Below are positions 42,583 to 64,000 of a DNA stretch of 64,000 nt, piece by piece. The notes below the pieces were generated by a model. That model was not told where the DNA came from and made no database searches. It saw nothing but the letters and a program-made list of their open reading frames with translations. Origin of the DNA: Eimeria praecox (taxonomy: Eukaryota). Within the stretch, counting starts at the first letter, position 1, and each line of letters opens with the position of its first letter. A program made the position numbers and the translations under genes. The stretch spans positions 186,001 to 250,000 of the forward strand of contig OY986950.1 of NCBI GenBank assembly GCA_963920595.1, given 5' to 3'.

Positions 42583-43566
42583 AAGAAGAAACAAAGACAA
42601 TAGAAGAATAAGAAACAAAAGAAAACCAAGATATTTTTTTTATTTACTTGTATTTGTATTTGTTTGTTTATACACTCGAAGTTTGTGTGTATATACAACT
42701 CTAATTTTATAAAATATAAAAAGAAGAAGTATTAAACAACAAATACAATCAGAAATATAGAAGGGAGTTTTGTAGTTGTTGTTTGTAAGAACAGCAGCAG
42801 CAGCAGCAATAAAACCAGCAGCAACAGCAGCAGCAGCAGCAGCAACAGTCAACCACGAGAGTTGCTGCTGCAGATGTTGCTGTTGCTGCTGCTGAAGCTG
42901 CAGCAGCAGCAGCTGCTGCTGCTGCTGCAGATCCTTTTGCTGCTGCTGCTGCTGCTGCTGCTGTTGTTCTTGTTGCTGCTGCTGCTGTTGTTGTTCTTGT
43001 TGCTGCTGCTGCTGCTGCTGCTGTTGTTCTTGTTGCTGCTGCTGCTGCAGCTGTTGTTCTTGTTGCTGCTGCTGCTGCAGCTGTTGTTCTTGTTGCTGCT
43101 GCTGCTGCTGCTGCTGTTGTTCTTGTTGCTGCTGCTGCTGCTGCTGCTGCTGTTTGTACTGCTGTAGACAGAGAGAAATGATAAGGCCTTCAAATGCTGT
43201 TTCTAGCAGACTGGTTGCAGCTCCTCCGAATATACGCGCAAGTATAAGAGGATAAAAAGAGTTAAATGTGTGTGTGATAATAGAAGAAAATAAAGAAAAA
43301 CAAAAAAATAAAATACAACCTAAGTTTGCGCTTTCGAATATATCGCATATTATACTTAAAAATAAACCTAACACCGCACGGGAGAAAGTAGAAACTAGGA
43401 GAAGAAACCCCACATCTTCAGCATTTAAATTATATTGTAGAGATAGTAAAGGATATAATAATACTCCTTGTAATGAATCAGACAAAACAGCAAAGAAATA
43501 AACACAAAAAATATAAAATCTAAATTCGAAAAATGATAATGGCGGGATGTCGATACACCCGAGCAT
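38647..43566 (-). CDS. MFS transporter, MFSD5/MOT2 (molybdate-anion transporter)-like; exons about 43566-42647, 41773-41196, 40480-40349, 39829-39634, 38728-38647
   Basis: [70 protein letters not shown] and IR.TLTN.PR resemble MFSD5 motifs (DWLQG.Y.Y, GR.LGG.ATSLL..FE, P.G.IF..FM, FE..VG..P…LRS). Multiple TM segments are present and exon phases are consistent. Confidence 0.75.
38730..39125. repeat. About 30-35-bp A-rich minisatellite ([35 protein letters not shown]), roughly 12 copies, in the last MFS intron
   Basis: Visible tandem imperfect copies directly upstream (minus strand) of the final exon acceptor. Confidence 0.85.
39930..40205. repeat. (ATTTAT)n hexamer microsatellite in an MFS intron
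   Basis: Directly visible in the sequence. Confidence 0.95.
42863..43160 (-). repeat. Coding (CAG)n tract giving a poly-Gln insertion in the MFS transporter
   Basis: In frame within ORF 42640-43566 and punctuated by CAA GAA CAA units. Confidence 0.9.
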
Positions 43567-44407
43567 CGCTTATTATTTATTTTTCTTGAATTTGTGTTGA
43601 AAAAGAAGAAAAAAAATAAAAAGAAACACAAATATTATTATTTTAATATTTTAAACAATTAATTCTAAATATATAAATATATTTATTGGATTATCAACAC
43701 AAATAAAAACATACAAACAAACAAAACAAACTAACACCGCATCAATAACAAAATGTAGATAATTTCTTTCTTTGTTTTTTTTGTTTTTTATTTATTTTAA
43801 TTTAATTTTATTTATTTATTTTATATTTTTCTATTTATTTTACACATAATTTTACTTTAACTTCATTATTATACTCTAATACAACCTCCCTTCCACTTGA
43901 TCTCACCTCCCCTCCACCACATCAACAATCTATGCATACACCATAATTTTTTATAGATTTCTTGATTTAAACAAAATATACAACAATAAAAAACTATTTT
44001 AATTTAATTTTATTAATTTAATTAATTTTAAATATATATATTGATGTCTCAAATCTATTTCTCTCCTCTACACCCTCGAATATAACCTCCATACAAAAAA
44101 AAACAAGAAAGAACTTGATAAGATTTGTTCTTCTCTCCTCTTCAAATAAAAAATATTTAAATATAAATTAAAATATATAAATATATAAACATAATACTAC
44201 AAATATAACAAGTATAATACAAATAGTATTAATACAACTAATAAATAATAAATATAATTAATTATATATATATTTATGTTTTATTATATAACCAGTCTGT
44301 TGCTTCTACTCCTCCCTCTCTTCTCTTCTTATACAAATACAAATAAGCTAAAACAAAAACAAATATCGTTTAACAAATTAATTAAACAAACAAAATATAT
44401 TTTCTAA

Positions 44408-44438
<31 letters not shown>

Positions 44439-44453
44439 GATATTACTATTAAT

Positions 44454-44522
<69 letters not shown>

Positions 44523-44716
44523 TTATTGATAGTAATATCAAACGCCTGGCTTCCTCCTCTTCTGCTTTTTTATTTTTTATATTTTTTATATTTTTCGTCG
44601 TTCTTCTACTTTTTTAAATATACAACAAACGTTTTATCAAATTCAGGTGTATAGACAGCCCCTCTCTCCTCCCCTTATCTCTGGGTATATGTCCGTTTGT
44701 TATATATATATATATG

Positions 44717-44764
<48 letters not shown>

Positions 44765-45086
44765 TCTGTCTTTATCTCTATTTCTGTCAGCAGTATGTTT
44801 GCGTTTTGTTTTAACTTTGTATTTATATTTATTTCTATTTGTTGTATTATTCTACTTTATTTTGTCTTCGTCTAAATATTTGTGTGTGTGTCTGTCTACT
44901 TAACTATCTCCTACTGTCTCCTCTGTCTCTCTCTCTAATTCTCTGTCTCTCTGTCTCTCTGTCTCTCTGTCTGTCTGTCTCTGTCTCTGCCTCTTTCTCT
45001 GTCCTTCTCTATTTCCTCTTAACTGTTTGTTCTATTATATATTTGTTTCTACTTATGTTCGTCTTCTTTCTTCTACCTCAGCAATA

Positions 45087-45173
<87 letters not shown>

Positions 45174-45701
45174 GAACAGAGAGAAAGAAAGATAAAAGAA
45201 GAAGACAGACTCGTATATAAATAAGAGTAGAACTTAAATTTATCTAAACAAATTAAAACGTTTTAAATAATGAAAGAAGAAGAAGAAGAAGAAGAAAGAT
45301 AAATATAAACTCTCATCGGAGATCGAAGACAGTAAATAAATAATATTTAATTTAATATAATTTAATATAATTTAATTAACTAATTAATTAATTATTTATA
45401 ATAATAATAATACTTATTATTATAATTATAATAATTATTATAATTATATTCATTATTATAATTATATTATTATTTATTGCTGACGATGCGTCCGACGAGA
45501 AGAAGACAGAAGAGTATGAAATATAAAAACAAAGTAGAGAAAGATATTAAGATAGATAAATATATAAATAGACAGCAATTAATATTAAATATAAATAAAT
45601 AAAAACGAGAGAGAGAGAGAGAGAGAGAGAGATAGATAAACAGACAGAGATAGACAGACAGATACACAAGAGACACATATCACAAACAGATAGAGACAGA
45701 G

Positions 45702-45753
<52 letters not shown>

Positions 45754-46381
45754 GTAGAGACAAACAAACAGAAACAGCTAGAGATAAATATACACAATCA
45801 AAGAGAGAAAGACAAATTAATAAAACAAAACAAACAGAGACAGACAGAGAAAGTTAAAGAAGAGACAGAGACAGACAGAAAGATAGATAGATAGAAAAAA
45901 CAGGTAGAGACAACGAGCATAAAACACAACAACAACATCAACAACACTAGCATCAAAACCAACAATATAATATAATAATAATAATATAATAATAATATAA
46001 TATAATAATATAATAATATTAATACAAGACGAAGATAAAGAAAACAGATTAAACTCCTCGAAGAACAGAATATAGCTGCTGCAGCAGCAGCAGCAGCTGT
46101 TCCTGCTGCTGCTGCAGCAGCAGCAAGACCAGCCCGTATATTGTGTCTTTGCGTATTTCTCTCTCTCTCTCTTTCTCAAATAAATAAATAAATATATTTA
46201 TTTATTTGAATAATAAACAAACAAATAAACATACTTATCTATTTATTAATGTAAATAAATATATATATATTTATTTATTTATTTATTTATAAACATATTT
46301 GTGTATAAGAGAAAAAACAAAACATCCAACTTCTTCCTCTCGATCGATTCTACGAGCTGAGGCCCGTCTGTCTTCTCTCTC

Positions 46382-46413
<32 letters not shown>

Positions 46414-46641
46414 ATATAAATATATATTTATTTATTTATTTATAATTAATTAATTAATTATACTTGATATACATGCACATGAGCCTCAGCCTCATTCTGA
46501 TCAAGTCGAATCGCTGTTGTTTGTTTGTCTTCCTCTCCCTCTCTCTCTCTGTCTCTCTCAAATATATAAATATATAAATATATATATATATATATTTATA
46601 TATATATTTATTAATATTTTTTGATATTAAATAATATAAAA

Positions 46642-46992
46642 TTAATTATTAGTAGCATATTTATCTAATAGAGGTATAACAAAGGTCTCTACCTCCTCCT
46701 GATCGATTCGAATAGCCGCGATTTGTTTCCCTTCATATTTTCTTCCTGTCATATTTATAATACAATCATCACAATCTTTCTCTGTTTTAAATTCAAACAG
46801 CACATCACAAAGAAGATAAGGAGAGCTGCCTCGATTCTCTGGTTTTATTATTATGCCTCTTGTTATATCCCCAAACTTACTACATCCTTCTCTAACATCA
46901 TCAAATATATCCTCGTAGTCCTCCATACTCTGAATCTTCGCTGTCTCCACAACTTGAATTATACGCATGTGACGAGATGTACCTGCACACAC

Positions 46993-47037
<45 letters not shown>

Positions 47038-49375
47038 TATATATAGTATATAATATATATTATATAGTATATAATATATATATAGTATATAGTATATAAT
47101 ATATAATATATAATATATAATATATAATATATAATATATAATATATAATATATAATATATAATATATAATATATAATATATAATATATAATATATAATAT
47201 ATAATTTATAATATATAATATATAATATATAATATATAATATATAATATATAATATATAATATATAATATATAATATACAATATATAATATATATCATAT
47301 TATATATATTATATATATTGTTTTATTTATCCTTTTTAAATTTATTTAGATTGTTGTTTTTTATTTTTTATTTTGGGGTCGGCTAATTCTATCTCTCCTC
47401 TCTGTCTGTCTCTGTCTCTGTCTCTGTCTCTCCTCTCTCTGTCTATGTCTCTCTCTCCTCTCTCTGCCTGTCTCTGTCTCTCTTCTCTGTCTCTGTCTCT
47501 CTTCTCTGTGTCTGTCTCTCTTCTCTCTCTCTTCTCTCTCTGTCTCTGTCTCTCCCCTTCCTCTCTATCTGTCTCCGTCTCTCCTCTCTGTCTGTCTGTC
47601 TGTCTCTGTCTCTCCTCTGTCTGTCTGTCTGTCTCTGTCTCTCCTCTGTCTGTCTGTCTGTCTCTGTCTCTCCTCTGTCTGTCTGTCCTGTCTCTGTCTC
47701 TCCTCTGTCTGTCTGTCCTGTCTCTGTCTCTCCTCTCTCTGTCTGTCTGTCTCTGTGTCTCTCTCTGTCTCTCTGTCCCTACACCTCTCTATCTTCCTCT
47801 CTCTCTCCCTTTCTCTACAGATCTACCTCTAATCATACTCTATCTCTAATACCTCTATCTCTCTGTCTCTCTCTGTCTCTATCTCTCTCTATCTCTATCT
47901 GTCTCTCTGTCTCTCTCTGTCTCTCTGTCTCTATCCATCTCTATCCTTCTCTATCTGTCTCTCTCTGTCTCTATCTCTCTCTATCTGTCTCTATCTGTCT
48001 CTATCTGTCTCTATCTCTACCTATCTGTCTCTATCTCTCTCTCTATATCTCCCTCTCTCTCCCTCTGTCTGTCTCTGTCTACATCTCAGAACGCATCCAA
48101 ACCCGAGTGATTTGTCTCAGACTCAAACAAGACAAATACCCTACACCTCTCTACTTAATAGGAGAACAGTATATGATAATATAATATAATATAATATAAT
48201 ATAATATAATATAATATAATATAATATAATATAATATAATATAATATAATACAATATACTACAGCACAATACAATACAACATCAATATAATACAACATCA
48301 ATATAATACAATACAATATCAATATAATACAACATAATATAACATCCTCTCCTCTCCTCTAACATATACAGACAAATCAGCAACAAGGTACCTGGCGGTG
48401 GTCCTGGTGGCGGTTGTGGAGGTAGTGTGTTAGTGGCAGCAGCAGCAGCAGCAGCAGCAGCGGCTCCTCCCCCCATGAGTATAGCAGCGGCCTGTTTCCC
48501 CATAACCGTCATAGCATGTGTTTGTATAGAAGAAGAAGTAGTATAGTCATTAGGCCTCGAAACCTTAAGAGGGACCCCGAGACACAACATTCCATCCATA
48601 GTTAGCGCCCTCTCTGTCTCTTCTACAGATGAGAACTCAACAAAACCATAATTGCCCTTATCCTTTGCAAACCAAACATATAATACAGGATTAATTGAGG
48701 GATTAGAACAGAAGCCCCTCCTCTTCATCTCCTCCCATATTATATCTTGAAATGTTTGCTCCGTTAATCCTGCATGTAAGGGTAGATTACCAAAGTATAA
48801 ACGCCGTAATTTTCGGGTTGAGTTCATTGCTGCTGCATCTAACTGAAGAGGCCCTGGGGCCCCATGGGCCTTTGCTACCCATTGAAACCCGTCCCAGAAT
48901 AATCTTATCGTCTCATGTCCCTCACTGTCTGCTAGCTTTTTATATCCCCCTGCCCTTCGTATACACTCCGCTTGTTGTCTTCTCCGTCTTCTCTCACGAC
49001 TGCGAGACCGTTCACGAGATGTACTTATGTCTCGATTCAAACGCGGCTTCTTCCTTGAAGAAGAAGAAGAAGAAGAAGAAGAGGAGGAGGAGGAGGAGGA
49101 GGAGGAGGAGGAGGGAGGAGGAGGAGGAGGAGGAGGGGAGGAGGAGGACGGGGCGCCAGAGGATGTGGGGGGAGCTCCTCCTGCTGTTTCTCCTGTTTCT
49201 GCTGCTGTTGCTGCTGTTGTTGCTGCTGCTGCTGCTGCTGTTGTTGAAGAAGAAGAAGAGGAGGAGGGAGGAGGAGGAGGAGGAGGAGGAGGATACGAGT
49301 TGTTGTGGTGACGATGGGGGGAGGGAGAGCGGCGTCTGTCATACACACTAGCATGATAGCTGCTGCTGTTATTGC

Positions 49376-49407
<32 letters not shown>

Positions 49408-50111
49408 TTGTTGTTGTTGTAGCTATACCCTCCTCTGTCTCCTCCTCTGTCTCTACGGTAATACCCATCACGATGATGAGGAGCCCACGAATAATCCCCT
49501 CTGTCTCCTCCTCTGTCTCCTCCTCTGTCTCCTCCTCTGTCTCTGAAGCGATACGACGGGGGTCTGTCTCTGTCTCTGTCCCTGTCTCTATCTCTGTCTC
49601 TGTCTCTGTCTCTGTCTCTATAGCTACCTCCTCCTCCTCCTCCTCCTTCTCCTCCTCTTCTTTCTTCTTCTCTAAAACAGACAGAGCCATCATATCCTCC
49701 TCTACTATATCTTCCCTCTCTTCTATCTCTATCTCTGTCTCTATCTCTGTCTCTATCTCTCTCTCTGTCTCTATCTCTCTCTCTGTCTCTATCTCTATCT
49801 CTCTCTCCTCCTCTGTAAGCCCCACCCCCACCATACTCTCTCTCCCTCCACTGATGCTGCTGTTGCATGCGGCTGTAGTCCTCAGCCCCATAACTTTCTG
49901 CTTCTCTCGGGGGTGGGGGGTAGCTCATACCTCCTCCCCCTGCTGCTGCTGCTGCTGCTGCTGTTGTAGAAGAAGAAGAAGAAGAAATTAAATCTCTCTC
50001 TGCTGTACGTTGAGGCCGTTCTCCTCTGCCGTTCGAATAATACACATCACGACTCACATATTCATCTCCTCCTCCTCCTCCTCCTCCTCCTCTTTCTTCT
50101 TCTCGCGACAT
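46642..50111 (-). CDS. U2AF65-like splicing factor (RD/RS-rich N-terminus, RRM, C-terminal UHM-like RRM); exons 50111-48392 and 46982-46642
   Basis: TRKLRRLYFGNLP…NYGFVEFSSVEETERALTMDG..CLGVPLKVSRPNDY matches U2AF65 RRM1. EDYEDIFDDVREGCSKFG…MTGRKYEG matches the U2AF65 C-terminal UHM. A phase-1 GT-AG intron joins them. Confidence 0.85.

Positions 50112-64000
<13,889 letters not shown>

Noticed and set aside
48080..48140. Possible small middle exon of the U2AF65-like gene
   Set aside because: Its phases do not fit cleanly, the peptide has no RRM resemblance, and the flanking exons already join in frame.

Overview
Eukaryotic, intron-rich DNA, most consistent with a coccidian apicomplexan of the Eimeria type. 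The evidence is CAG/CTG runs that encode homopolymeric amino-acid tracts, intronic AAACCCT/TTTAGGG telomere-like arrays, and an abrupt switch near 35.5 kb from a GC-balanced, repeat-poor segment to an AT- and microsatellite-rich segment. The repeat-poor half holds a hypothetical membrane protein, a large multi-exon 1,3-beta-glucan synthase (GT48/FKS), a spliced hypothetical gene, a probable decayed Ty3/Gypsy pol remnant and a signal-peptide protein. A C-terminal-only cyclase-associated protein (CAP) gene spans the boundary. The repeat-rich half holds an MFSD5/MOT2-like transporter, a U2AF65-like RRM/UHM protein and the 5' part of the DNA polymerase epsilon catalytic subunit. The most unusual signal is at the right end. 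There, at least 12 tandem copies of a 3' splice acceptor plus a truncated Pol epsilon motif-B exon (DLVILNDSLQLAHKCILN) form a 111/222-bp higher-order array whose substitutions are nearly all synonymous. The same region also shows a duplicated splice donor, tandem branch-point-like motifs, a CAP exon-end duplicate, and an in-frame stop-free intron between the Fe-S (CysX) cysteines of Pol epsilon. Exon boundaries were inferred by eye from GT-AG signals and frame continuity.
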